From an uncultured delta proteobacterium (GTDB taxonomy: Bacteria > Desulfobacterota > Binatia > HRBIN30 > BPIQ01): DNA of 64,000 nt. The notes beneath the pieces are model-generated. The model searched no databases, was not told where the DNA came from, and worked only from the letters and a program-made list of their open reading frames with translations. The stretch's first letter is position 1, and every line of letters begins with the position of its first letter. Location of the stretch: NCBI GenBank assembly GCA_963761335.1, contig CAVXGR010000009.1, positions 32,001-96,000 of the forward strand, given 5' to 3'. A program made the translations under genes and the position numbers. Of this stretch, positions 48,896 to 59,306 are shown in pieces.

Positions 48896-50030
48896 ATGCA
48901 TTCCCGCCCCCGGGATCTTCCCGCGTCTACCCTGCTCCTCGCCGCCCTTCTCCTGCTGCCCGGATGCGGCGGCAGCACGGCGCCCGTGGTGTTCACCGGC
49001 GCCGAGGCGGCGCAGGCGGCCTCCGGCGCCGCCGTGTCGATCGCCACCACCTTCGGCGTCGATCTCGCCGGCCTCGCCGGCCTCTTCGACAGCTCGGCGA
49101 CGGCGCCCTCGACCATCGGCTTCGCCACCCGCGTGCTGCGCAGCGTGCGCCGCGAGGCGCTCTCGGAGAATCAGAACACCGCTGGCAACGCCGTCATCAT
49201 TTCCGACACCTGCCCGTGCGGTGGCGCCATCCAGAAGTCCTGCGGCATCACCAAGACAACCAGCGTCTTCGCCGCCTCGCTGGCGAACTGCTGCATCACC
49301 GACGACCTGCTCCCGGGCGAGCAGATCTTTGCCACCGGCGGCCTGCTGCTGACCGTCGACGACCCGTCCGCATGCCTCGGCGGAGGAGTGCAGCCGTCCT
49401 CGACACAGACGCTGTCGTTCTCGAACCTCGGCGTCATCGTCAACGACGCCTCGGGATCGAGGGCCGGGACGCTGGTGGCCGCCGCCCTCAACCTCAGCTA
49501 CGAGCCGACCGGGAGCACCGGCTGCGCCGGCCCGGACGCCACCTTCGTCCTCTCCGGCGGTCTCGACGTCACCGCCACCGCCGACGGCCTCGACCTCGCC
49601 CTGAGCTTCGCGAACCTCACCAGCGATTTCCAGTCGACTACCGGCAGCGGCGCCTGCCAGGGGCAAGCCCTAGTGAACGGGACGCTCGCCGTCAGCGACC
49701 GCGCCGGCGGCCGCTCCTTCTCGGCCGGGTTCAGCGATACCCGGATCGCCTCCAGCTCCTCGGGCACCGCCGTGGACGTCTCCATCGACGGCACCACAGC
49801 GCTCTCTTGCACCGGCGAGGCCACCTTCACCACCGCAGAGCCGCTGGCGCTGGCGAGCGGCGAGACGTGCCCGACCGCAGGCCGGCTGACCGTCGGCACT
49901 CCCCGACGGTACCTCCGGCATCCACTACACCTCCGCCGGCGGTCTCGAGATCGATCTGGGCGACGACGGCAGCGTCGACCAGTCGTTCGCGACCTGCGAC
50001 GATCCGCAGCTCGCCCAGTGCCGCGGCTGA
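48896..50030 (+). CDS. Cys-rich beta-strand lipoprotein; frameshift near 49905
   Basis: Lipobox LPGC; TCPCGG, CPTAGRL; the shifted frame continues GGLEIDLGDDGSVDQSFATCDDPQLAQC. Confidence 0.7.
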
Positions 50031-50150
50031 GAGCTGCAGCCTGGGTGAAATCGCGCCACCTCGCCGGAGCGAGATCTCCGCCCCTCTGGTTTGTGGGTTT
50101 TCGGCTTTTGTTGTATTGACACGCGCGGTTTCGGAGCGAGGAGAATGGCA

Positions 50151-50948
50151 ATGTCTAAGATGGGAAATTTGTTGATAATTCCGCTGCTCGCCGCCTGCTT
50201 GTGGCCGGCGGCCGCGAGGGCCGGAATCGTCACCATTCCCCACTACTACTACGAGGTGCTGCTCGACACCGACAGCGACACCGCTACGGGCGGCTCTGTG
50301 CCGGTCGTCCAGGGCAGCGAGTCACCTCACACCATTCCCGGAATCGACTACATCGTTCGCGCCTATGCGGGGAACGACCCGGGCCCGAAGGTCTTCTACC
50401 GCGACGTGCTGAAGTGGAACGGGGCGAGCTTCGAGCTCGTCGATGAGGACACCAGTGTCTACCCGATCGCCGTCGACGGCTTCGCCAAGGTCGAGTTCGG
50501 ATCGCCCTGGGAGGCCATCGGCTCGCCCACGGGGACCATCCGCGGCGTCTTTCACGCCAGCCGGGTGAACGTCGACGCCAACGACTACACCGCGGCCTTT
50601 GACTTCTCCCTGCGAAGCGCGCCGGCGATCTCGACCGCCGGGCTCGCGGCGCTGGCGCTGCTGCTGCTGGCCGCAGGCGGCTTCGCCCTGTCGAGGCGAC
50701 GGGGCAACCCAGCGTTCCTGGCACTCGCCGTGATGTTGGCGGCAGCGCCTGTCGTCCGGGCCGCGGGCATCGTCCTCGACGGCAACTTCGACGACTGGGC
50801 CGGGATCAACCCGGTGGTCACCGACGCCGGTGGCGATTCGTCGATCAGCGATCCGGCCGAGGACATCCTGGCGGGCTATGTCGCCGTCCAGGGAACCGAG
50901 GTCTTCTTCCGCGTCGATCTGGCGGCGGCACCGCCTCCGGAAATGTGA
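50151..50948 (+). CDS. Exported protein with internal IPTL-CTERM-like anchor, paralog 2 (intact)
   Basis: AGGAG RBS; signal peptide ending AARA; same architecture as 47995-48826. Confidence 0.8.
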   Translation: MSKMGNLLIIPLLAACLWPAAARAGIVTIPHYYYEVLLDTDSDTATGGSVPVVQGSESPHTIPGIDYIVRAYAGNDPGPKVFYRDVLKWNGASFELVDEDTSVYPIAVDGFAKVEFGSPWEAIGSPTGTIRGVFHASRVNVDANDYTAAFDFSLRSAPAISTAGLAALALLLLAAGGFALSRRRGNPAFLALAVMLAAAPVVRAAGIVLDGNFDDWAGINPVVTDAGGDSSISDPAEDILAGYVAVQGTEVFFRVDLAAAPPPEM

Positions 50949-51081
50949 CCAGACCCCGCTGACCCTCGACCAGCGAGCACCGCGGTACAATAGCGGAGGA
51001 GCGGATGAGAAGCGCCATCGTCCTCGCGGCGACGCTGGCAAGCCTTCCGAACGTCTTGTGAGAAGAGGAGCTACCGGCACC

Positions 51082-51298
51082 TAGGGCAAGATCTCGGGGC
51101 GGGGGTCCCGCTCATCCTCCATTCTCCGGAGCTCCTCCATTCTCATTCCCGGTTCTCGTCCCGTCGTTTTCCATTTGCTCTGACAGCTGGGGCCGGGCCC
51201 GCAGCGGATCGCTTCCGCCGCGGCTCGCAGAACAATGGAAAACGACGGGACGAGAACCGGGAATGAGAATGGAAAACAGCAGTTTCATTCTTGCCCTA
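51082..51298. repeat. MITE-like palindromic element
   Basis: Terminal TAGGGCAAGA / TCTTGCCCTA; internal perfect 39-bp IR at 51137-51175 / 51234-51272. Confidence 0.75.
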
Positions 51299-51396
51299 TC
51301 GGCGAAGAGCCCCCCGGGCTGGCGCTAGGGCGGCGCAGGTGATTTGAGATTCCCTCGCCCGCAACGGGGCGCACTCCGTCTGGGAATCTCGTTCTG

Positions 51397-52836
51397 GTGA
51401 ATCGTCAGCAAGAAGTCACGCCGTCAGCCGAGGGCGCCGCCCCGGGACTGCCGGCGCTGCGCAACCGCATCGTCGCCCGCCTCGAGGAGCGCGGCAGCTA
51501 TCCGACCTGGGTGCTGATTGCGGCGCTGACCGGGGTCTTCGCCACCAGCTTTCCGATCACCATCCTCACCATCTCGCTGACCTCGATCGCCGCCGAGTTC
51601 GCGGTGCGCGAGACCACCATCGCCTGGGTGATATCGGCGCCGGTGCTGCTCTCCGCCATCGCCCTGCCGCTGCTCGGCAAGCTCGGCGACCTGCGCGGTC
51701 ACCGGCGCGTCTTTCTCGCCGGCTTCGCCGCCGCCACGGTCGCCGCCGTGGCCACCGCCTTCGCCTGGGACGCCGCCTCGCTGATCGGCCTGCGCATCGT
51801 CGCGGCGATCGTCGGCGCCGCCACCCAGCCGACCTCGATGGCGCTCATCTTCAGCGTCTACGAGCCCAAGGATCGGGTGCGGGCCACCGGCTGGTGGGCG
51901 ATGATGGGAGCCGCCGCGCCGGCGGCCGGTCTGATCGCCGGCGGCCCGCTCGTCGACCTCTTCGGCTGGCGCATCGTCTTCGTGCTGCAGGCGGTCTTCT
52001 CCCTGGTGGCTCTGGGACTGGCCAGCTTGGTGCTGCGGGAGACGCCCCGCCATGAGGCGCGCTTCGACGTCGCCGGCGGCACCACCCTCGCCGTCGGCGT
52101 CGCCGGTCTGATGTTCGCTCTCGGCCGCAGCCGAGACGCCGGTATCGACTCGCCGACGGTGTGGGGTCCGGTGGTCGTCGGCCTCCTCGGGCTGGCCCTC
52201 TTCGCCTGGGTGGAGAGGCGCGTCGAGGCGCCGCTGCTACCCCTCGAGTACTTCCGACGCCGCAACTTCACCGCCGCCATGCTCGCCGGCAGCTTCATGG
52301 GCGCGGCATACATGGGGGCCTTCGTCATCGCCCCCATCGTCCTCCTGGAGATCTTCAAGTACTCGATCACCGCCACCGCCGGCATCATGCTGATGCGCAC
52401 CATGACCCTGACGATCTCCTCCCCCCTCGGCGGCAGACTCGGCACGACGCTCGGCGAACGCACCGCGGCGGCCATCGGCTCGGCGATCGTCGCCGTCTCC
52501 CTGGTGGTGGTGGCCTACGGCTGCCTCACCCGCTCGCTGGCGGTGCTCTGCACCGGGCTGGTGCTGCAGGGGCTCGGCAACGGCATCGGCTCGCCGCCGA
52601 TGACCTCGGCGGTCGCCAGCTCGGTGCCGAACCGGGATCTCGGCATCGCCGCCGCTGCCAGCCGCTTGACCGCGCAGGTCGGCGTCGCCTTCGGCATCAC
52701 CACGCTCACCATGGTGTACGGCGGCATCAACACCGGCGCCGCCCTGGCGCACGCCTTTCTGGTGGGCGCCGTCCTGGCGGTGGGGGCGGTGCTCGCCTCC
52801 GTCTGCATGGGGCGGTCGCAGCCCGCGCTCGCCTAG
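51397..52836 (+). CDS. MFS transporter (DHA2/EmrB-like)
   Basis: GKLGDLRGHRRVF motif A, GWRIVF, APLLPLEYFRRRNF; about 14 TM helices. Confidence 0.9.
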   Translation: MNRQQEVTPSAEGAAPGLPALRNRIVARLEERGSYPTWVLIAALTGVFATSFPITILTISLTSIAAEFAVRETTIAWVISAPVLLSAIALPLLGKLGDLRGHRRVFLAGFAAATVAAVATAFAWDAASLIGLRIVAAIVGAATQPTSMALIFSVYEPKDRVRATGWWAMMGAAAPAAGLIAGGPLVDLFGWRIVFVLQAVFSLVALGLASLVLRETPRHEARFDVAGGTTLAVGVAGLMFALGRSRDAGIDSPTVWGPVVVGLLGLALFAWVERRVEAPLLPLEYFRRRNFTAAMLAGSFMGAAYMGAFVIAPIVLLEIFKYSITATAGIMLMRTMTLTISSPLGGRLGTTLGERTAAAIGSAIVAVSLVVVAYGCLTRSLAVLCTGLVLQGLGNGIGSPPMTSAVASSVPNRDLGIAAAASRLTAQVGVAFGITTLTMVYGGINTGAALAHAFLVGAVLAVGAVLASVCMGRSQPALA

Positions 52837-53217
52837 AAAAGAAACTTGCCGTTGCCGGCGGCGACCGGGCGCGACGGGTCGTCCTGCCAGGCGATCGGCG
52901 TGCACGACGGCGACACGGCGCCCGAGCTTGAAGATGTCGGCGCGCGCCCGCGTCGTCGCCGGTCCGGCGCTGCGCAGGTAGTCGATGCTGAAGTTGATCG
53001 GCTTCGGCACCTTGTCGCTGCCGCTCTCGTCGATCAGGCGGAGCAGCGCGGTAAGCTCGAGAAAGGCGCCGAGAACGCCGCCGTGAACCGCCGGCAGGCG
53101 GGCGTTGCCGACGATCTCCTGGCGGAATGGCAGCACGCAGTGCAGGACGCCGTCGCTGCGGTCCACCTCGACGCCCAGGAAGCGGGCGTAGGGGATGGCG
53201 TCGACGATGTGCCTCAC
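52833..53217 (-). CDS. PaaI-family thioesterase; frameshift near 52890
   Basis: IPYARFLG, HGGVLGAFLE, PINFSIDYLR, KLGRRV; shifted frame ends GKFLF. Confidence 0.8.
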
Positions 53218-53708
53218 GAGTCGCCGCCCCCGACCTTGGCGCGGGTGAAGGGGCTACCCGACGAGTTGGCGCCCAGCATGAACGTCCCCAGGCAGCTCGC
53301 GAAGGGATCGGTCGCCTCGCTTTCGTAGGCGACGCCGCGCACGAAGGCGACGTTGCGCGTCGTGCGGTAGCACTCGGCCCGCGCGAACAGGTCGACGCGC
53401 GGCCGCGCGGCGCGCAGGTAGTCGACGCGCAGGTCGATGGTGGCGATGGCCCCCAGCTCCTCGAGCGCACAGGCGACGGCGAGGCCCGAGGCCTGATCGA
53501 TCAGCGTGGTGATGGCGCCGCCGAAGACGACGTGGCGGCCGGGGTCGCCGATGAGCTCGGCCCGATAGGGAAGCTTCATCACCGCAAAGCCGGGGCCGGT
53601 CTCCACCACCCGCATGCCGAGGAACCAGGCGTGCGGCGTGTGCCGCGTCATCTCCTCGGTCCCCGGACCGAAGAGAAAGCCCAGCGCATAGCGCCTCTCC
53701 GTCCCCAT
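53214..53708 (-). CDS. PaaI-family thioesterase
   Basis: LIGDP...GGAITTLID, ATIDLRVDYLR, AFVRG. Confidence 0.88.
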   Translation of the reverse strand: MGTERRYALGFLFGPGTEEMTRHTPHAWFLGMRVVETGPGFAVMKLPYRAELIGDPGRHVVFGGAITTLIDQASGLAVACALEELGAIATIDLRVDYLRAARPRVDLFARAECYRTTRNVAFVRGVAYESEATDPFASCLGTFMLGANSSGSPFTRAKVGGGDS

Positions 53709-53767
53709 CGCCGATCGTCTCCCTCGCCGCGGCATTCTGCCGCAGCGGCGCGGCGGCGACAATCCCG

Positions 53768-53817
53768 GTAGAAGCGGGCGTCTCGCCGCTTCGGGAAGCG
53801 CCGGAACGGGGCTTCTG
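53768..53817. repeat. Single degenerate REP doublet, family C
   Basis: GTAGAAGCGGGCGTCTCGCCGCTTCGGGAAGCGCCGGAACGGGGCTTCT. Confidence 0.75.
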
Positions 53818-53822
53818 CTTCC

Positions 53823-54686
53823 TCAGTGCGGCGGCGGCACGAACCACACCGGGCAGCTGGAGCGGTGCAGGACCTGGCGCGCTGTGTCGCGGGTAAAGAG
53901 ATAGCGGAACAGGCCGCGGGCGTGCTCTCCCATGATCATGAAGGACGGGTGGATGTCGGCGGCCAGCCGCAGGATCTCCTCGAGGGCATCACCCTGGCGC
54001 ACGTGGCACTCGACCCTCTCCATCATGTCGAGCGGTACCAGGTCGTTCAGACACTGCTGCGCCTCCTCGAGGTCGAGCAGCCCCCGCCGCAGCGGCGCCA
54101 CGTGCATCAGGTGCAGGAACAGCGGCAGCTCGGCGCACAGCCCCAAGGCGTACTCGGCAATGCGCTTGCCGTCGTCTCTCATGTCGATCGGCACCAGCAC
54201 GGCGACCGGATCGGCGCCCTCCCGGGCCCGCAGGCGGAACGACTCCAGCGATGCCTTGGCCTCCTGCATGGTCAGCACGGGGCACGGCGAGCCGTCGATG
54301 ATGCGCTCGGCGACCGAGGCGTGGTCCGGCGTGCTCCAGCCGTGGCTGCCGAGAACGATCAGGTCGGCGGGCAGGCGATGCGCCAGCTCGAGGATCACCG
54401 GACAGAGCGGGCCGACGCTGATGCTGGCCTCGGCCTGCACGGTCTTGGGCAGCTGGGCGAGAATCTCGCGCATCCCCTGCTCCTCCTCGGCCGCGGCACC
54501 CGGATGCTCGGGATGCTCCTTGTTCCACTCCCAGGCGCGGGTGAACGCCGGAGAGGAGGCGGCGCGGTTGTGGTGCAGGATCAGGCGCGCCCCGAAGGAC
54601 TCGCAGACCTCGAGCGCGAGGCGCACCTCCTGCCGCGCCAGGTCCGTCAGGTCGACCGGGCAGAGAACGGTGTTGATCAGTGGCAT
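53823..54686 (-). CDS. Universal stress protein (tandem USP domains)
   Basis: VLCPVD, ADLIVLGSHG...SVAERII..SPCPVL; second domain IMGEH...SSCPVWFVP. Confidence 0.9.
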   Translation of the reverse strand: MPLINTVLCPVDLTDLARQEVRLALEVCESFGARLILHHNRAASSPAFTRAWEWNKEHPEHPGAAAEEEQGMREILAQLPKTVQAEASISVGPLCPVILELAHRLPADLIVLGSHGWSTPDHASVAERIIDGSPCPVLTMQEAKASLESFRLRAREGADPVAVLVPIDMRDDGKRIAEYALGLCAELPLFLHLMHVAPLRRGLLDLEEAQQCLNDLVPLDMMERVECHVRQGDALEEILRLAADIHPSFMIMGEHARGLFRYLFTRDTARQVLHRSSCPVWFVPPPH

Positions 54687-54840
54687 GGGGCACCTCCGAG
54701 CGATGGTGTCTACCTGGATGTTTCAAGTTCTCTGCCATCCCGACCGCGGCAGCCGGACGGGAGCCCGGAGCGTGTGCCCGCCGATTGATTCCCGCCCGCG
54801 GGAAGCCTTTCGCGCCGCTGCGGAAGCCGGCAGGCGATTG

Positions 54841-55170
54841 GTAGAAGCGGCGTCTCGCCGCTTCCGGAAGCGCCGGGACGGCGCTTCTACTGGGCGGCGG
54901 AAGGGCAAGTGTAGAAGCGGCGTCTCGCCGCTTCCCGAAGCGCCGGGACGGCGCTTCTACTGGGCGGCGGAAGGGCAAGTGTAGAAGCGGCGTCTCGCCG
55001 CTTCCCGAAGCGCCGGGACGGCGCTTCTACTGGGCGGCGGAAGGGCAAGTGTAGAAGCGGCGTCTCGCCGCTTCCCGAAGCGCCGGGACGGCGCTTCTAC
55101 TGGGCGACGGAAGGGCAAGTGTAGAAGCGGCGTCTCGCCGCTTCCGGGAGCGCCGGGACGGCGCTTCTAC
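54841..55170. repeat. Tandem array of five GTAG-type REP doublets (family C), 70-bp period
   Basis: 50-bp unit GTAG-AAGCGGCGTCTCGCCGCTT-N4-AAGCGCCGGGACGGCGCTT-CTAC at 54841, 54911, 54981, 55051 and 55121, with near-identical 20-bp linkers. Confidence 0.92.
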
Positions 55171-55234
55171 TTTCGCCTGGACGCGTCTGACGCAGTTCTT
55201 TGCAAATGTTCCCCCCTGACGTTAGGAGAACGGC

Positions 55235-56029
55235 ATGATCCTCGACCGTTTCAAGATCACCGACAAGGTCGCCGTGGTCACCGGCGCCAGCGCCGGCATC
55301 GGCCGTGGCAGCGCCCTGGCGCTCGCCGAGGCGGGCGCCGACGTGGTGCTGGCGGCGCGCACTGCCGACAGGCTCGAAAAGGTCGCGGAGCAGGTCCGCG
55401 CTGTGGGCCGCCGAGCGGTGGCGGTGCCGTGCGACGTCAACGATCCCGGCCAGGTGGAGAACGTCGTCGCTCGCGCCGTATCCGAGCTCGGCCGCATCGA
55501 CATCGTCGTCAACAATGCCGGCGGCACGGCTCCGGGTCCGGCGCTGGAGCTCAGCCTCAAGGATTTCGAGACCGCCTTCCACTTCAACGTCGGCACCGCC
55601 TTCCTGCTGACGCGCCTGTGTGTGCCGCACATGCTCAAAGTGGGCGGCGGCGCCGTGGTCAACATCTCCAGCGCCATGTCGCACCTGGTCGAGCCCTGCT
55701 TCGTCGCCTACGGCACCGCCAAGGCGGCGCTCTCGCACATGACCCGACTGCTGGCCTGCGAGTTCGCTCCCCGCGTGCGCGTCAACGCCATCGCCGTCGG
55801 CGCCACCGAGACCGACGCCCTGTCGCCCTTTCTCGATGCCGCCGAGGGGCTGCGCGAGCAGATGGTGGCGCTCACCCCGATGGCCCGCCTCGGCACCCCG
55901 GAAGACATCGGCCTGGCGGTCCTCTATCTCGCCTCGCCCGCCTCGAGCTGGGTGACCGGGAAGATCTTCGAGGTCGACGGCGGCGCCGTGGCCTCCAACT
56001 GGCCCATCAAGATGCCCACCGGCCTCTGA
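55235..56029 (+). CDS. Short-chain dehydrogenase/reductase (hydroxysteroid dehydrogenase-like)
   Basis: TGASAGIG, NNAGG, NISS, YGTAK, RVNAIAVG. Confidence 0.92.
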   Translation: MILDRFKITDKVAVVTGASAGIGRGSALALAEAGADVVLAARTADRLEKVAEQVRAVGRRAVAVPCDVNDPGQVENVVARAVSELGRIDIVVNNAGGTAPGPALELSLKDFETAFHFNVGTAFLLTRLCVPHMLKVGGGAVVNISSAMSHLVEPCFVAYGTAKAALSHMTRLLACEFAPRVRVNAIAVGATETDALSPFLDAAEGLREQMVALTPMARLGTPEDIGLAVLYLASPASSWVTGKIFEVDGGAVASNWPIKMPTGL

Positions 56030-56048
56030 AAGGGGGACTTCTTCAGCG

Positions 56049-57881
56049 ATGGCGCTCGTGCGGCTCTCAAAGCTCTGCATCGGCGTTGCGGCCGTGGTTG
56101 TCGCCTTCGCGAGCTCGGCGGGCGCGGCGACAAACCACCCGTTCGCCTCTCACCCGTTCACCTACGCCGCCGGCTCCATCCTGCCGAACCACGTCCCGCA
56201 GGCAACTCTCGACCAGGCCGTGCGCGATTTCTACGATGCCTGGAAGGCGCGCTACCTGAAGGAGGCGTGCGGCACCGGGCGCTACGTCGTCCTCGCCGGC
56301 GTCAACTCGGGCAACCTGACCGTCTCCGAGGCGCACGGTTACGGGATGATGATCGCCGCGCTCATGGCCGGCTACGATCCCCAGGCGCGCCAGATCTTCG
56401 ACGGCATGTACGCCTACTTCCGCGAGCATCCCACCGCCACCCATTCCCACCTGATGTCGTGGAACCAGAGCCGCTCCTGCAACGACGTCCAGGGCAACGA
56501 CAGCGCTTCCGACGGCGACCTCGACATCGCCTACGCGCTGCTCCTCGCCGACAAGCAGTGGGGCAGCTGTGGCCGCATCGATTATCGCGCCGAGGGGCTC
56601 GCCGTTCTCGCCGACATCCAGGACGGCGAGCTCGATTCCAGCGGCCAGTACGTCCTGCTCGGCGACTGGACCAATCCGGCGGACACCCAGTACTATCCGT
56701 CGACGCGCTCCTCCGACTTCATGCCGGATCACCTGCGCAGCTTCGCCGCGGCGGCGGGCGCCACGCCGTGGAGCGACGTGCTCGACCGCGAGTACCAGGT
56801 GTTCGACTCGCTGCAGACCAGCGCCTCTCCCAGCACCGGCCTGCTGCCGGACTTCATCCTCGATCCGCTCGGCACCCCGGCACCGGCCGGACCGCAGTTT
56901 CTCGAAGGTCCCAACGACGGCGCCTACGACTACAATGCCTGCCGCGATCCGTGGCGACTGGGGATGGACTTCCTGGTCTCGGGAGAGAGCCGCGCCCAGA
57001 CGGAGGTGCAGCGCATCACCTCGTTCTTCCGCACGCACACCGGGGACGACCCGGGCAACATCGAGTCGGGGTATCAGCTCGACGGCAGCCTGAGCCCGGG
57101 CGCCGACTACCGCTCCATGGCGTTCGTGGCGCCGCTCGGCGTCGCCGCCATGGCGGACTCGGCGAACCAGGCCTGGCTCAATGCCCTGTGGGACCTGGTG
57201 GCGGCCACCCCGCTCGAGGCGGAGCACTACTACGAGAATACCCTCAAGCTGCTGTCGATGATCGCCATGTCGGGAAACTGGTGGTCTCCCGAGTCGGTCT
57301 CGGGAGGCTGCCTCGCCGACAGCACGCCTCTGTGCACGGACGGCGGCTACATCTCCGGCGCCAGCGTCAAGCTCGCCGGTCTCGACAACGGCGCCGGCAA
57401 GCAGCGGCTGGTGCTCAAGGGCAAGCTCTTCTTCCCGTGGGGCAACCCGGCGGCGTCACCGTTCACCGATGGCGCCCAGCTTCTGGTCGAGGACATGGGC
57501 AGCGGCGGCGCCGCCGTCTTCGAGCTCAGCCACCTGACGACGCCGGTACCACCCGCCGCCGCCGGAGTCTGCGACCCGCGCGAGGGATGGAACGTGAAGC
57601 CGTCGCGCACCCTCTACCGCAATCGCTCCACGGCGATCGATCCGCCGGCGTGCACTGCGGATTCCGCCGCCGGCCTGCGCCTCCTCAAGTATCGCCCGCG
57701 CAGCGGGCTCGATCTCGACTTCCAGGCAAAGGCCGTGAAGAGCACCATCGCCACACCGGTGGGGCCGCTGCGAGCCATCCTCGTCCTCGGCAGCGGTCAG
57801 GCGGCCGGCGACACCGGCGCCTGTGGCGTCAGCGCCTCCCTGCCCTGCACGGCGCGCGGCCACTCGCTCCGCTGCCAGTGA
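56049..57881 (+). CDS. Secreted GH8 glycoside hydrolase (chitosanase/glucanase-like) with extra C-terminal domain
   Basis: TVSEAHGYGM, SASDGDLDIAYALLLADKQWG, TRSSDFM, YNACRDPWR. Confidence 0.9.
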   Translation: MALVRLSKLCIGVAAVVVAFASSAGAATNHPFASHPFTYAAGSILPNHVPQATLDQAVRDFYDAWKARYLKEACGTGRYVVLAGVNSGNLTVSEAHGYGMMIAALMAGYDPQARQIFDGMYAYFREHPTATHSHLMSWNQSRSCNDVQGNDSASDGDLDIAYALLLADKQWGSCGRIDYRAEGLAVLADIQDGELDSSGQYVLLGDWTNPADTQYYPSTRSSDFMPDHLRSFAAAAGATPWSDVLDREYQVFDSLQTSASPSTGLLPDFILDPLGTPAPAGPQFLEGPNDGAYDYNACRDPWRLGMDFLVSGESRAQTEVQRITSFFRTHTGDDPGNIESGYQLDGSLSPGADYRSMAFVAPLGVAAMADSANQAWLNALWDLVAATPLEAEHYYENTLKLLSMIAMSGNWWSPESVSGGCLADSTPLCTDGGYISGASVKLAGLDNGAGKQRLVLKGKLFFPWGNPAASPFTDGAQLLVEDMGSGGAAVFELSHLTTPVPPAAAGVCDPREGWNVKPSRTLYRNRSTAIDPPACTADSAAGLRLLKYRPRSGLDLDFQAKAVKSTIATPVGPLRAILVLGSGQAAGDTGACGVSASLPCTARGHSLRCQ

Positions 57882-57914
57882 TCTAGAAGCGGCCGGGACG
57901 GCCGCGCTCCCAGC

Positions 57915-59045
<1,131 letters not shown>

Positions 59046-59306
59046 GATCAGCTGTCGGTCGCGATGTGCGAGCGAAAATGCCCCTGCGCCGCTTTCTAGC
59101 GCGGCCCCGCCATCATCCGCAAGGCCGCGGCGCCTCGGCGTCGGTTCGTTGAGAAGTGACCATTCGCCCGCGTTCTCGCAGCCATGTGCTCCACACCGGT
59201 AACAGAGATCCTGCGGTGAACGGAGCGCGGCACAGCCGTTGCTCGTCGGACGGCGCCGGTGCTGTCTCGCTCCGGCGAACGCGAAAGAGGGAAAGCGCAC
59301 GGCAAG

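Noticed and set aside
54841..55170. CRISPR array
   Set aside because: The spacers are essentially identical, the 50-bp repeat is a REP doublet with dispersed copies, and no cas genes are present.
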